Assembly: GCA_045595895.1 (NCBI GenBank)
Contig: JAZOBJ010000013.1
Span: 1,671 to 65,670 of the forward strand
Direction: 5' to 3'
Source: Candidatus Alloscybalousia sp.
GTDB taxonomy: Bacteria; Bacillota_I; Bacilli_A; RF39; UBA660
Length of the DNA: 64,000 nt
A program made the translations under genes and the position numbers. Shown piece after piece: positions 1 through 10,000 of the stretch. The first letter of the stretch is position 1. Each line of letters starts with the position of its first letter. The notes under the pieces are model-generated. The model was not told the DNA's origin and did no database searches. It saw only the letters and a program-made list of their open reading frames with translations.

Positions 1-360
1 ATTGGTTTAGTTATTCCAGAACTTGATGGAAAATTAATTGGTGGTGCACAAAGAGTACCAGTGCCTGATGGAAGTTTAACTATTCTAGACTGTGTTGTAG
101 ATAGAGAAGTAACTAAAGAAGAAATTAATAATTTAATGAAATCTAAAGAAAGTGTTTCATTTGGTTATACTGAAGATGATATTGTATCTAGCGATATAAT
201 TGGTGATACACATGGTTCAGTATTTGATGCAACACAAACTAAAGTTATTTCACTTGGAAATGGTAAATCTTTGGTACAGGTAGTTGCGTGGTATGATAAT
301 GAGAATTCTTATACTTCACAGATGGTTAGAACTGCACAACATTTAATGAATTTAATGTAA
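1..360 (+). CDS. gap: glyceraldehyde-3-phosphate dehydrogenase, C-terminal part (gene begins upstream of window)
   Basis: Frame 1 reads [33 protein letters not shown]..., the GAPDH C-terminal catalytic domain. Stop at 358-360. pgk follows, as in gap-pgk-tpi operons. Confidence 0.85.
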   Translation: MGLVIPELDGKLIGGAQRVPVPDGSLTILDCVVDREVTKEEINNLMKSKESVSFGYTEDDIVSSDIIGDTHGSVFDATQTKVISLGNGKSLVQVVAWYDNENSYTSQMVRTAQHLMNLM

Positions 361-467
361 TAAAAGTATAGTAAAGTTTACTATACTTTTTATTTTGACT
401 AAAATTGTCTCATTAATTTACATCTAAAAATATACATGTTATAATTAATGTTATGAATGGTGATGCT

Positions 468-1649
468 ATGAAGAAGACAATAAAAGATTTTAATTTAGAC
501 AATAAGAGAGTAATTATTAGATGTGATTTTAATGTTCCAATGAAAAATGGGGTTATTACTGATGATAATAGGGTAGTTATGAGTTTAGATACAATTAATT
601 ATGCTATTAATAATGGTGCTAAGGTAATTCTTTTATCACACTTAGGTAGAATTAAATCAGAAGAAGATTTAGCTAATAATTCTTTATCTGCTGTTAGTAA
701 GAGATTAGAAGAATTGTTAGGAAGAAAAGTTACTTTTGTTTCTAATACCCGTGGTTCTGAAGTAGAAAGTTTTATATCTAATATGAATTCAGGTGATGTA
801 GTATTACTTGAAAATACTAGATATGAAGATCTTGATGGTAAAAAAGAAAGTTCTAATGATATGGAACTTGGTAAGTATTGGTCTTCTTTGGGTGATATAT
901 TTATAAATGATGCTTTTGGTACTATTCATAGAAGTCATGCATCTAATGTTGGGATTGCTTCTAATATTCCTAATGGAGTTGGATTTTTAGTAGAAAAAGA
1001 GTTGAATGAATTATCAAAACTTAATGATCCTGAAAGACCATATGTAGTTATTCTAGGTGGTGCTAAAGTTTCTGATAAATTAGGAGTTATTAATAATTTA
1101 GTTACTAAGGCTGATAAGGTTATTATTGGTGGTGCTATGGCTTTTACTTTTTTAAAAGCACAAGGTTATAATGTTGGTAAGTCTTTAGTTGAAGATGACT
1201 TAGTTAATACATGTTTAGAATTATTAAATGAATACAGTGAAAAGTTAGTTTTACCCGTTGATGTAGTTTTATCTAAAGGAATAGGTGAGGATTTTTCTAG
1301 TGAAACTAAATCTGTTTCAGATATTTTAAATGATGAAATAGGTCTTGATTTAGGTAAAAGTACTTTGGATAATATAGAAATGATTTTATCTAATGCTAAA
1401 ACTGTTGTATGGAATGGACCTCTTGGTTATTATGAATTAGAAAAATATCAAGTAGCTACTAAGAGAGTGTTAGAATTTTTAGTTAGTAATAATATTAATA
1501 CTATCCTAGGTGGTGGAGATATTGTAGCTGCTAGTAGTAGTCTTGGTTATAAGGATAAAGTAACACATGCTTCTACTGGTGGTGGTGCTACTTTAGAGTA
1601 TTTAGAAGGTAAACAGTTGCCAGGTTTAATGGTGATTGATGAGAAATAG
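468..1649 (+). CDS. pgk: phosphoglycerate kinase
   Basis: MKKTIKDFNL..RVIIRCDFNVP N-terminus and full-length Pgk motifs. RBS ggtga is 5 nt upstream of the ATG at 468; the track ORF begins at an upstream in-frame ATG at 453. Confidence 0.9.
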   Translation: MKKTIKDFNLDNKRVIIRCDFNVPMKNGVITDDNRVVMSLDTINYAINNGAKVILLSHLGRIKSEEDLANNSLSAVSKRLEELLGRKVTFVSNTRGSEVESFISNMNSGDVVLLENTRYEDLDGKKESSNDMELGKYWSSLGDIFINDAFGTIHRSHASNVGIASNIPNGVGFLVEKELNELSKLNDPERPYVVILGGAKVSDKLGVINNLVTKADKVIIGGAMAFTFLKAQGYNVGKSLVEDDLVNTCLELLNEYSEKLVLPVDVVLSKGIGEDFSSETKSVSDILNDEIGLDLGKSTLDNIEMILSNAKTVVWNGPLGYYELEKYQVATKRVLEFLVSNNINTILGGGDIVAASSSLGYKDKVTHASTGGGATLEYLEGKQLPGLMVIDEK

Positions 1650-1657
1650 GTGTTACT

Positions 1658-2677
1658 ATGAAGGGTTTAAAGAAGAATAGTATTATACTACTTGCTATTA
1701 CGCTTGTTGTATTAGTTTGTGTTTTAAAAGATGATTTTCCAAGTATAGTGGAAACATTGATGAGTGCTAATTTATTATGGATTCTAGCAGCTTTATTATG
1801 TTATTTTATTGCGATTGGATTTGAAGCTAAAGCTTATCAAGAAATTATACAGGGATATCAATATGATTATAGTTTTTTAAAGGCATATAAAATGTTAATA
1901 ATAACTAAGTTTTTTAATGGGATAACGCCATTTTCTTCAGGTGGGCAACCTATGCAGATTTATATGTTAAAAAAAGATGGTGTTAGACTTACTAAGGCTA
2001 CTAATATAATTATTCAAAACTTTATTATTTATCAGGCTGCTTTAGTATTATTTGGTATTGGTGCTATTATTATTAATCATTGTTTAGAAATATTTACTGA
2101 AGTTACTTTACTTAAACAGTTAGTTATTATTGGTTTTTTAATTAATACTTTGGTAATGGTAGGATTGATTGTTGTTAGTTTTAGTAGTAAATTTAATCAT
2201 TTTATCGTTAAAAAAGGTATTTCTATTTTAAGTTGGTTTAGACTTGTTAAAAATAAAGAGGAAAAGTTGGAGAGCTGGAAAGAGAAAGTTGATGATTTTC
2301 ATGAAGGTGCTGAATATTTAAAGAATAATAAAATGTTATGTTTAAGAACCTTTATTTATAATATTATTTATTTGGGTCTTACTTATTTAATGCCATTTTT
2401 TATTATAGTTGCATTAAATAATGGTATTATAACAGGCATTAATCCGCTTAAAGTTGTTTGTGCTTCTGCTTATGTATTGATTATTGGTGCTTTTGTACCT
2501 ATTCCTGGGGCTAGTGGAGGTATTGAATTTGGATATTTTAAATTCTTTGGTAATTTTATCACTGGTTCTTTACTAAAGGCTTCTTTATTAATTTGGAGAA
2601 CTATATCATATTATTTACCAATGATAGTTGGTGGTTTATTATTTAATATACACACAAAAAGAGGCGATGAAAAATGA
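1658..2677 (+). CDS. polytopic membrane protein, UPF0104 / lysyl-PG-synthase-TM-like (flippase-like) family, translationally coupled to the glycosyltransferase
   Basis: 339 aa with about 8 TM segments and a PFSSGGQPMQIYMLKK motif. The ATGA overlap with the next ORF suggests translational coupling to the downstream glycosyltransferase. RBS aggtg. Confidence 0.5.
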   Translation: MKGLKKNSIILLAITLVVLVCVLKDDFPSIVETLMSANLLWILAALLCYFIAIGFEAKAYQEIIQGYQYDYSFLKAYKMLIITKFFNGITPFSSGGQPMQIYMLKKDGVRLTKATNIIIQNFIIYQAALVLFGIGAIIINHCLEIFTEVTLLKQLVIIGFLINTLVMVGLIVVSFSSKFNHFIVKKGISILSWFRLVKNKEEKLESWKEKVDDFHEGAEYLKNNKMLCLRTFIYNIIYLGLTYLMPFFIIVALNNGIITGINPLKVVCASAYVLIIGAFVPIPGASGGIEFGYFKFFGNFITGSLLKASLLIWRTISYYLPMIVGGLLFNIHTKRGDEK

Positions 2678-3918
2678 GAATAGGTATATTTACTGAAGCT
2701 TATACACCGTATATTAGTGGGTTAGTTACTAGCGTAGTAATGCTTAAAAAGGGTTTGGAAAAATTAGGACATGAAGTGTATATAGTAACTGCTAACTTAG
2801 AAAGTTATGAATATAATTACGATGAAAAAGAAAGAATTTTAAGAATACCTGGTATTCCTACTGGTATTTATGATTCTAGACTTACATCTGTTTATCCTTT
2901 AAAAGCAGTTAATATGATTAGAAATTGGGATTTGGATATTATTCATTCTCAGACTGAGTTTGCGATTGGGACATTTGCTAGACTTATGGCTTATCAGTTG
3001 GATATTCCATTGGTTCATACTTATCATACTATGTATGAAGATTATGTACATTATATAACTAAGGGTTATTTTGATAAATCAAGTAAAAAGATTGTTGAAT
3101 ATTTAACATTATTCTATTGTGATAAAACAGCTACTGAATTAATTGTTCCTACTAAGAAGACTTATGATTTATTTAAAGAAAAATATCAAGTTGATAGAAA
3201 TATTCATATTATTCCTACTGGAATCGAACTTGAAAGATTTTATAAAGAGAATATAGATACTGATAAACTTGATAAACTTAGAAAAAAGTTAAAATTAAAA
3301 GATAAAGATTTTGTCGGAGTTTTTATAGGAAGACTTGGTCAAGAAAAGAATGTATTATTCTTGATTGATGTTATGAAGAAATTGGTTGTTGATTATCCTG
3401 ATATTAAGTTATTAATAGTTGGTGATGGTCCTGATTATGATAATTATAAAAAAGTAATTAAAGACTACGGGATTGAAAAAAATGTTATTATGACTGGTAA
3501 AGTGGCTTGGGAAGAAGTACCTTATTATTATCAATTGTCTGATATCTTTTTAACTGCTTCTCATACTGAAACACAAGGATTAACTGTAATTGAAGCTATG
3601 GCTAGTGGTGTAGTTCCAGTATGTATTGAAGATGAAAGTTTTTTAATAGCTGTTGTTGATGGTTTGAATGGTAGAATTTTTAAAGATAAGACGGAGTGTA
3701 AAAAGATTATTTTAGAATTATATAATGATCGTGATTTGGTTAATAGACTTTCTAAACAGGCTCGTATTAATTCTGATCGTTTTGGTTCTAAGTTCTTTGC
3801 TGAATCAGTTTTAAATGTATATAAATATGCCATTGATAATAAGAAAAATAATCTTGGATTAATTGGTAAATTTGTTGACAGAATGAAAGGAAATAAGGAT
3901 GAAGTGGATAATAAGTAA
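2674..3918 (+). CDS. GT4-family glycosyltransferase, alMGS-like 1,2-diacylglycerol 3-glucosyltransferase (glycolipid synthase)
   Basis: N-terminus MRIGIFTEAYTPYISGLVTSVVMLKKGLEKLGHEVYIVT closely resembles Acholeplasma monoglucosyldiacylglycerol synthase. C-terminal GT4 EX7E-like region. Confidence 0.65.
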   Translation: MRIGIFTEAYTPYISGLVTSVVMLKKGLEKLGHEVYIVTANLESYEYNYDEKERILRIPGIPTGIYDSRLTSVYPLKAVNMIRNWDLDIIHSQTEFAIGTFARLMAYQLDIPLVHTYHTMYEDYVHYITKGYFDKSSKKIVEYLTLFYCDKTATELIVPTKKTYDLFKEKYQVDRNIHIIPTGIELERFYKENIDTDKLDKLRKKLKLKDKDFVGVFIGRLGQEKNVLFLIDVMKKLVVDYPDIKLLIVGDGPDYDNYKKVIKDYGIEKNVIMTGKVAWEEVPYYYQLSDIFLTASHTETQGLTVIEAMASGVVPVCIEDESFLIAVVDGLNGRIFKDKTECKKIILELYNDRDLVNRLSKQARINSDRFGSKFFAESVLNVYKYAIDNKKNNLGLIGKFVDRMKGNKDEVDNK

Positions 3919-4561
3919 TCATAAGAATGCTTTAGATGATGACGTAGTAGTTGATTATGTTGATGCACTTAATAGGGTTGAACTAGAGGGAATTAATTTA
4001 GTTATATGTCCTAAGGATTCACATTTAAGTTATTTTACTGGAAATTATTATCTAGGGTGTCAAGATGTTAATTTATCTTTTGATCAAATGAAGAAAAGTA
4101 ATATTAGATTTAGTATAGTAGGACATAGTTATAAGAGAAGTAAGTATAATGAATCTAATAAAATGATTAATAAAAAGATAAAAGATTTATTAGCTAATGG
4201 TATTACTCCTATTTTGTGTATAGGGGAAGAAGTTAATAATAATTTAAAAGATACTTTGCTTGTAGAACTTGAAGAAGGTTTAAATGAGGTTTCTGGTGAT
4301 GTGATTATTGCTTATGAACCCGTTTGGGCTATTGGTAGTGGTATGATACCTAATATAGAGGTTTTAAATGATACTGTTGATTTTATAGATAAACAGGCAA
4401 CTAGATTACTAGGAAGAAAACCTATAATTATATATGGTGGTAGTGTTAATAGGGACACAATTAATTTGTTAGAATGTGTTCACGAATTGGATGGTTATTT
4501 AATTGGTAATGCCAGCGTTGAAATAGATAAATTAGTAGAATTAATAGAGGTGATAAAATGA
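3899..4561 (+). CDS. tpiA: triosephosphate isomerase (divergent)
   Basis: AYEPVWAIGSG and IIYGGSV motifs are present, the catalytic Lys is in SNHKN and His in VGHSYKR. The N-terminal and GHSERR motifs are atypical. RBS aaggaaataagg. Confidence 0.8.
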   Translation: MKWIISNHKNALDDDVVVDYVDALNRVELEGINLVICPKDSHLSYFTGNYYLGCQDVNLSFDQMKKSNIRFSIVGHSYKRSKYNESNKMINKKIKDLLANGITPILCIGEEVNNNLKDTLLVELEEGLNEVSGDVIIAYEPVWAIGSGMIPNIEVLNDTVDFIDKQATRLLGRKPIIIYGGSVNRDTINLLECVHELDGYLIGNASVEIDKLVELIEVIK

Positions 4562-4713
4562 TAGTTGATATTATGGATTCTTTAAATGAAATAGGTGATT
4601 GGTTACAAGTATTTATGGATAAGAATTATGATAACCCATTGTTTTGGCTTATTTTATTTTTAGTTTTGTTTATTATTGCTTGTATAGTAATAGGAAAGAT
4701 GGCAAATAAATAA
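4558..4713 (+). CDS. small hydrophobic peptide (51 aa), ATGA-overlapping the tpiA stop
   Basis: ORF MIVDIMDSLNEIGDWLQVFMDKNYDNPLFWLILFLVLFIIACIVIGKMANK with one TM helix, not in the supplied track because it is under 60 aa. There is no independent RBS, so it would rely on coupling. Confidence 0.25.
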   Translation: MIVDIMDSLNEIGDWLQVFMDKNYDNPLFWLILFLVLFIIACIVIGKMANK

Positions 4714-4719
4714 ATTTTA

Positions 4720-4790
4720 AAATTCGACAAATTTTTACATATCTTGTCAATATTCGCTGTATCTTATTGTTGAATATTATTGTATAATAA
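4720..4790 (+). promoter_or_regulatory. spo0A upstream region: 0A-box (TGTCGAA on minus orientation at 4723-4729), a second near-match TGTCAAT at 4745-4751, and an extended -10 TGTATAAT at 4781-4788
   Basis: The sequence ttcgaca is the reverse complement of the Spo0A-binding consensus TGTCGAA. TGnTATAAT lies about 35 nt before the spo0A RBS. This suggests Spo0A autoregulation, as in Bacillus. Confidence 0.3.
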
Positions 4791-4819
4791 TACTTGCGTG
4801 GAGTACGAAAGGAGAGAAT

Positions 4820-5593
4820 ATGGACAAGATCAGAGTACTTATGATCGATGATAACATCGAGTTAGTAAGCATGATTAAGGAGTACTTTAATAATCACGCT
4901 AGTATTGAGGTAGTATTAGAAGCAAATGATGGAGAAAAAGGAATATCAGTTGCTAAGAGTTGTCAAAACGAATATGATGTAATTCTTTTAGATTTGATTA
5001 TGCCTAAAAGAGATGGTTTATCAGTTTTGGAAGACTTAAGACGTGAAAATATCGATAAGAAAGTTATTATCTTAACATCTTATAATGCTCAAGATATGAT
5101 ACGTAAGGTTTCTGAACTAGGAGTAAATTATTTTATTCTAAAACCATTTGAATTATCAGATTTAGAAAGAAGAATTGAAGATTGTCGTGAAAGTAGGAGT
5201 TATAATAATACGTCAATAGATATTTATCATAATAATTTACAAATATCTATTACTAAAATCTTACATGAACTTGGAATACCATCTCATATTAAAGGGTATC
5301 AATATATTAGAGAAGGGATATCTATTTTGTATGAAAGACCTGAAGTTATTGGTGGTATAACTAAAGAGTTATATCCTGATATAGCTAATAAGTTTGATAC
5401 TACAGTTTCTCGAGTTGAAAGAGCTATTCGTCATGCTATTGAAGTTAGCTGGAATAGGGGAGACTGGGATTTAATGGAAGAAATATTTGGTCACAGTGTT
5501 GATATTGATAAGGCTAAGCCTACAAATTCAGAATTTATAGTGACTGTTGCTGATAAATTAAGATTGGAATTTCAAAGAGATTATATTAAATAG
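4820..5593 (+). CDS. spo0A: sporulation master regulator Spo0A (response regulator receiver plus Spo0A C-terminal DNA-binding domain)
   Basis: The C-terminal domain carries the Spo0A-specific motifs [27 protein letters not shown] and [19 protein letters not shown]. The receiver domain has the expected D10/D11 and D58 equivalents. RBS aaggagag. Confidence 0.9.
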   Translation: MDKIRVLMIDDNIELVSMIKEYFNNHASIEVVLEANDGEKGISVAKSCQNEYDVILLDLIMPKRDGLSVLEDLRRENIDKKVIILTSYNAQDMIRKVSELGVNYFILKPFELSDLERRIEDCRESRSYNNTSIDIYHNNLQISITKILHELGIPSHIKGYQYIREGISILYERPEVIGGITKELYPDIANKFDTTVSRVERAIRHAIEVSWNRGDWDLMEEIFGHSVDIDKAKPTNSEFIVTVADKLRLEFQRDYIK

Positions 5594-5660
5594 ATATAAT
5601 CTTTTTCTTTACAAATTTATTTAAAAGTGGTAAAATAATCACTACTTATAGGGGGATAAT

Positions 5661-7031
5661 ATGGATAAGTCTGTATATTTAAAAAATAATCAAAGAGTTA
5701 TTGCTAATTTAATTAAGAAGTATGAGTTCTTAGATGAAATTGATGTAACTGTTAAAGTATTAGAAATTATAGATACGGAGTTAACAAATAAGGGTACTAA
5801 TGTAGCTTTTTCTAATATTAGGACGGTAGTTGAGAAATATTTTTCTGACTATATTAGTAAGAAGATTAGGAATAGTGATTTTAAACCTATCGAAAGTTGT
5901 ATTAATTATATTATTAGTATTGATCATGTTAATGTTCTTACTAAATTTTGTACTAAGATAAATTCTTTAGATTTAGATTTAGATGTTGAACATTATATTT
6001 CTATAATTAATAATAATGCTATTATAAGTAGTGAGTTAAAGAGTTTAATTTCTAATTTTAAAAGGGTCGAGGGTATGGGAATAATTGTTCCTAAAAAACT
6101 TTCTACGATGGCTATTATGGATTTTATAGAAGCATATTGTATGATAAATGGTATTGATATTGATAGTAATAGAGATGATTATGATGATGTTATAGAAACT
6201 GATGTTTATACTACAGATGATGTTAGACAATATTTGAAGGAAATTGGTCGTTTTCCTGTATTGGCTGTTCAAGAAGAATATGAATTAGCTATACGTGCTC
6301 AAGCAGGTGATAGTTATGCTATTAATAAATTAACTGAACATAATTTAAGGTTAGTTGTTTCATGTGTTAAGCGTTATGTTGGACGTGGCTTATCTTTTTT
6401 AGATTTAATTCAGGAAGGTAATTTAGGTCTCATAAGAGCTGTTAAAAAATTTGATCCAACTAAAGGGTATAAGTTTTCAACATATGCTACATGGTGGATT
6501 CGTCAAGCAACTACTCGTGCAATAGCAGAACAGGCTAGAACTGTTCGTTTACCGGTTCATTTAGTTGAATTTATTAATAGATTCACACGTGTTCAAAAAC
6601 AATTAGCTATCGATTTAAAACGTTATCCTACTGACCAAGAAATAGCTGATTATATGGGTGTTAGTATAAAAAAAATACAGGATGTTAAAAGTATATCTCA
6701 GGAGATGCTATATTTAGATACTCCTATTGGTGAAGATGGGGATACTTTATTATTAGAAATGGTTGTTGATCCGAATGCTGTTTATACTGAACAAACTGCT
6801 ATTATGTCTAACTTAAGTGATGAAATGTTGAAACTTTTAGAAGGATTATCTACACGTGATGCTAAGGTACTTTATTTAAGATTTGGATTTGATGGTAATC
6901 CTAGAACTTTAGAAGAAGTAGGGCAAATCTTTGGCGTAACACGTGAAAGAATACGTCAGATTGAAGCTAAAGCATTGAGAAAATTAAGAAAAAGATCTGA
7001 AAAAGCGCAATTAGGAGATTATTTATTATAA
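5661..7031 (+). CDS. sigma-70 family group 1/2 sigma factor (RpoD/SigA-like) with an atypical non-acidic N-terminal extension of about 190 aa
   Basis: Regions 1.2 to 4 are conserved: [57 protein letters not shown] and [31 protein letters not shown] aggggga. No dnaG upstream. Confidence 0.6.
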   Translation: MDKSVYLKNNQRVIANLIKKYEFLDEIDVTVKVLEIIDTELTNKGTNVAFSNIRTVVEKYFSDYISKKIRNSDFKPIESCINYIISIDHVNVLTKFCTKINSLDLDLDVEHYISIINNNAIISSELKSLISNFKRVEGMGIIVPKKLSTMAIMDFIEAYCMINGIDIDSNRDDYDDVIETDVYTTDDVRQYLKEIGRFPVLAVQEEYELAIRAQAGDSYAINKLTEHNLRLVVSCVKRYVGRGLSFLDLIQEGNLGLIRAVKKFDPTKGYKFSTYATWWIRQATTRAIAEQARTVRLPVHLVEFINRFTRVQKQLAIDLKRYPTDQEIADYMGVSIKKIQDVKSISQEMLYLDTPIGEDGDTLLLEMVVDPNAVYTEQTAIMSNLSDEMLKLLEGLSTRDAKVLYLRFGFDGNPRTLEEVGQIFGVTRERIRQIEAKALRKLRKRSEKAQLGDYLL

Positions 7032-7137
7032 TAATAAAGCATATTCATATGAATATGCTTTTTTCTTTTATATAATTGACTTTCTGTATATTAAATATTA
7101 TAATCAAATTATAAAATATGTTAGGAGGATACGATTT

Positions 7138-8412
7138 ATGGAACGAAAAATATTTTCTGATTTACTTAAATGGAAGAAAGATGTTAATAGAAAACCTTTA
7201 TTACTTTATGGCAATAAACAAATAGGTAAAACTTATAGTGCAATTGAATTTGGAGAAAAGGAATATAAAACTATTGCCTATATTAATAGTGATAATAATA
7301 CTCAGTTTTTATCTATTATGCAAAAAGAAAGAACTATTGATAAAGTTATAGCTAAAATGTCTTTATTAGTTGGTGAATCTATTTTAAAAAATGATACATT
7401 AATTATTATTGATAATGTAGTGGATGAAGATATAGTTAAAGCTATAAAAAAATTTGGAAAAGAAGCTAATGATTATCATATTATTATGATTACTTCTTTG
7501 AAAGAGAAACTTTCTGTTTTTAAGGGTGAAGAATTACAATATAAATATATGTTTCCAATGGATTTTGAAGAATATTTGATGGCCGTTGGTAATTTAGAAC
7601 TAATAGATTTTATTAGAACTTCATATCGTAATAATAAGGCTATGCCTTTTCATAGTATAGCTATGGATTATTATGAAGAATATTTAATAACTGGTGGTCT
7701 TCCAGAATCTGTATTTGCTTCTATTAATAAAGAATCTGATTTAAAAATTAAAATTATTCAACAAAAACAATTAGATAGTTATAAAAAAGAATTTTTATAT
7801 ATGAATAATTTAATTGATATTACACGTTGTAATGATGTATTAAATATAATTCCATATCAATTATTAAAATCCAATAGAAAGTTCCAATATGGTCTTATGA
7901 GAACTGGTGGTAGAAGTAAAGATTATGAAACTGCTTTAGATTTCTTATCTAATAATGGTATTGCTTATAAGTGTTATAAAATTAGTGAAGTTAAACCTCC
8001 ACTTAGTAAGTGTAAAGATCAAGAGAGTTTTAAATTATATTTAAATGATACAGGTATTTTATTTATGATGATGCATTTATCTAGAATAAAGCTATTTACT
8101 GATGATAGTTTAAAATATATTTTATATGAAAATAATTTAGCTAATACCATTATCTCTTGTGGTTATAATTTATATTACTATCAATCAGAAGGTAAAGCTG
8201 AAGTCCCTTTTGTTGTACAAACTAGGGCTGGTAAAATTATTCCTATTGAGATAGTTAATAAAAATTTATCTAAAGCTAAGTCATTATCATTGTTTATGAG
8301 TAAATTTGAAATTAATGAAGCTATTCGTTTTACTGAAGATAACTTTAGCATGAAAAAAGGAATTAAATATGTTCCTATTTATGCAGCCTTCTGTTTAAAA
8401 GAAAATTTATAA
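7138..8412 (+). CDS. AAA-superfamily ATPase of the DUF4143/AAA_14 type (COG1373-like)
   Basis: N-terminal P-loop-like LLLYGNKQIGKTY, length 424 aa, with the C-terminal DUF4143-like region. RBS aggagga. Confidence 0.5.
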   Translation: MERKIFSDLLKWKKDVNRKPLLLYGNKQIGKTYSAIEFGEKEYKTIAYINSDNNTQFLSIMQKERTIDKVIAKMSLLVGESILKNDTLIIIDNVVDEDIVKAIKKFGKEANDYHIIMITSLKEKLSVFKGEELQYKYMFPMDFEEYLMAVGNLELIDFIRTSYRNNKAMPFHSIAMDYYEEYLITGGLPESVFASINKESDLKIKIIQQKQLDSYKKEFLYMNNLIDITRCNDVLNIIPYQLLKSNRKFQYGLMRTGGRSKDYETALDFLSNNGIAYKCYKISEVKPPLSKCKDQESFKLYLNDTGILFMMMHLSRIKLFTDDSLKYILYENNLANTIISCGYNLYYYQSEGKAEVPFVVQTRAGKIIPIEIVNKNLSKAKSLSLFMSKFEINEAIRFTEDNFSMKKGIKYVPIYAAFCLKENL

Positions 8413-8500
8413 AAATTTACTAAAAAGTTAATAAAATTATTAAAACGTTGAAATAATATATATCGTTTTAATATAAAATACAACAGAAAAGAGGTAAAAT

Positions 8501-10000
8501 ATGAGACCGATTTTATTAACAATTATAGATGGTTTTGGACTTCGTGATGAAGTAAAAGGTAATGCTGTTAAATTAGCTAATAAACCTAATTTTGATATGT
8601 TGTGGAATAGTTTTCCACATTCAACATTGAGTGCTAGTGGTAGAGATGTAGGTTTGCCTGAAGGTCAAATGGGTAACTCTGAAGTTGGACATTTAAATAT
8701 AGGTGGTGGAAGAATAGTTTATCAACCTTTTGAACTTATTAATAAAAAGATTGAAGATAAAACTTTTTTTGATAATAGTCAATTAAAAGGTGTTATGGAC
8801 CATGTTAAAAATAATAATTCTAAACTACATATATTTGGACTTCTAAGTGATGGTGGTATTCATTCCCATATTAATCATATTTTTGCGTTATTAGAGATGG
8901 CTAAAAAAGAGGGTGTTAGCGAAGTTTATGTACATGCTTTCTTAGATGGTAGAGATACTTTACCTGACATAGCTTTAACCTTCTTAAAACAGTTGCAATC
9001 TGAGATGGATGAATTAGGTATTGGTAAACTAGCTGATATTTCAGGTAGATATTATTCAATGGATCGTGAGAGAATGTGGGATTTAACTAAAAAATATTAT
9101 GATTTATTAGTTAATAAAGTTGGAAATGTTGTCTTTGATTTAGAAAAATATATTCAAGATAGTTATAATAATAATATATATGATGAATTTATAGTTCCTG
9201 GTATTGTTACTTCTAGTGGTAATTTGGAAGAAAATGATGGTTTAATTTTTGCTAATTTTAGACCAGATCGTGCTACTCAGACATTTACTGCTATAACTAA
9301 TCCTGAGTTTAATGAATTTGAAACTAAAAAGTTTAGTAATATAAAATTGGTGACTATGATGCCAGTTGAGAAAAGTATAATTTCTACTAATGCTTTTTGT
9401 ATTCCTGATGTTACTAACTGTTTAGGTGAATATTTGGATAAAAATAATAAAAAAGTTTTAAGAATAGCTGAAGCTAGTAAATATCCACATGTAACATATT
9501 TCTTTGATGGTGGTAAAGATATGGAATTACCTGGTACTGATAAGATTATTATTCCAAGAAAGAATGTTGCGACTTATGATATAGCTCCGGAAATGTCAGC
9601 TAAGGAAATAACAGATAAGCTTATTCCGATTATAGAAAACTATGATGTTATTATTTTAAACTTTGCAAACTGTGATATGGTTGGGCATACTGGTAATTTA
9701 GAAGCGGCTATTACTGCTGTTGAAACAGTTGATGAATGTATTGGTAGACTATATGAAAAAATCAAAGAAATTAATGGTTTGATGATCGTAACTGCAGATC
9801 ATGGAAATTGTGAACTTATGATTGATGAAGATGATAATATAATTACATCACATACTACTAATAGGGTGCCATTTATAATATGCAATAATAATTTGAAGTT
9901 AGTAGATGGTAAACTTGGTGATATTGCGCCAACTATTCTAAAATTAATGAATTTAGAAATTCCTAGTGATATGACTGGTGATATTTTAATGAAAGACTAA
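8501..10000 (+). CDS. gpmI: 2,3-bisphosphoglycerate-independent phosphoglycerate mutase
   Basis: MRPILLTIIDGFG..SEVGHLNIGGGRIVYQ and the C-terminal metal-binding phosphatase domain ADHGN. 499 aa. RBS aagaggtaa. Confidence 0.9.
   Translation: MRPILLTIIDGFGLRDEVKGNAVKLANKPNFDMLWNSFPHSTLSASGRDVGLPEGQMGNSEVGHLNIGGGRIVYQPFELINKKIEDKTFFDNSQLKGVMDHVKNNNSKLHIFGLLSDGGIHSHINHIFALLEMAKKEGVSEVYVHAFLDGRDTLPDIALTFLKQLQSEMDELGIGKLADISGRYYSMDRERMWDLTKKYYDLLVNKVGNVVFDLEKYIQDSYNNNIYDEFIVPGIVTSSGNLEENDGLIFANFRPDRATQTFTAITNPEFNEFETKKFSNIKLVTMMPVEKSIISTNAFCIPDVTNCLGEYLDKNNKKVLRIAEASKYPHVTYFFDGGKDMELPGTDKIIIPRKNVATYDIAPEMSAKEITDKLIPIIENYDVIILNFANCDMVGHTGNLEAAITAVETVDECIGRLYEKIKEINGLMIVTADHGNCELMIDEDDNIITSHTTNRVPFIICNNNLKLVDGKLGDIAPTILKLMNLEIPSDMTGDILMKD

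Noticed and set aside
3561-3968. 135-aa minus-strand ORF inside the GT4 glycosyltransferase gene
   Set aside because: Fully antisense to a well-supported CDS, with no RBS and low-complexity translation. A shadow ORF typical of AT-rich DNA.
6045-6272. 75-aa minus-strand ORF inside the sigma factor gene
   Set aside because: Antisense shadow ORF with an I/N-rich nonsense product.
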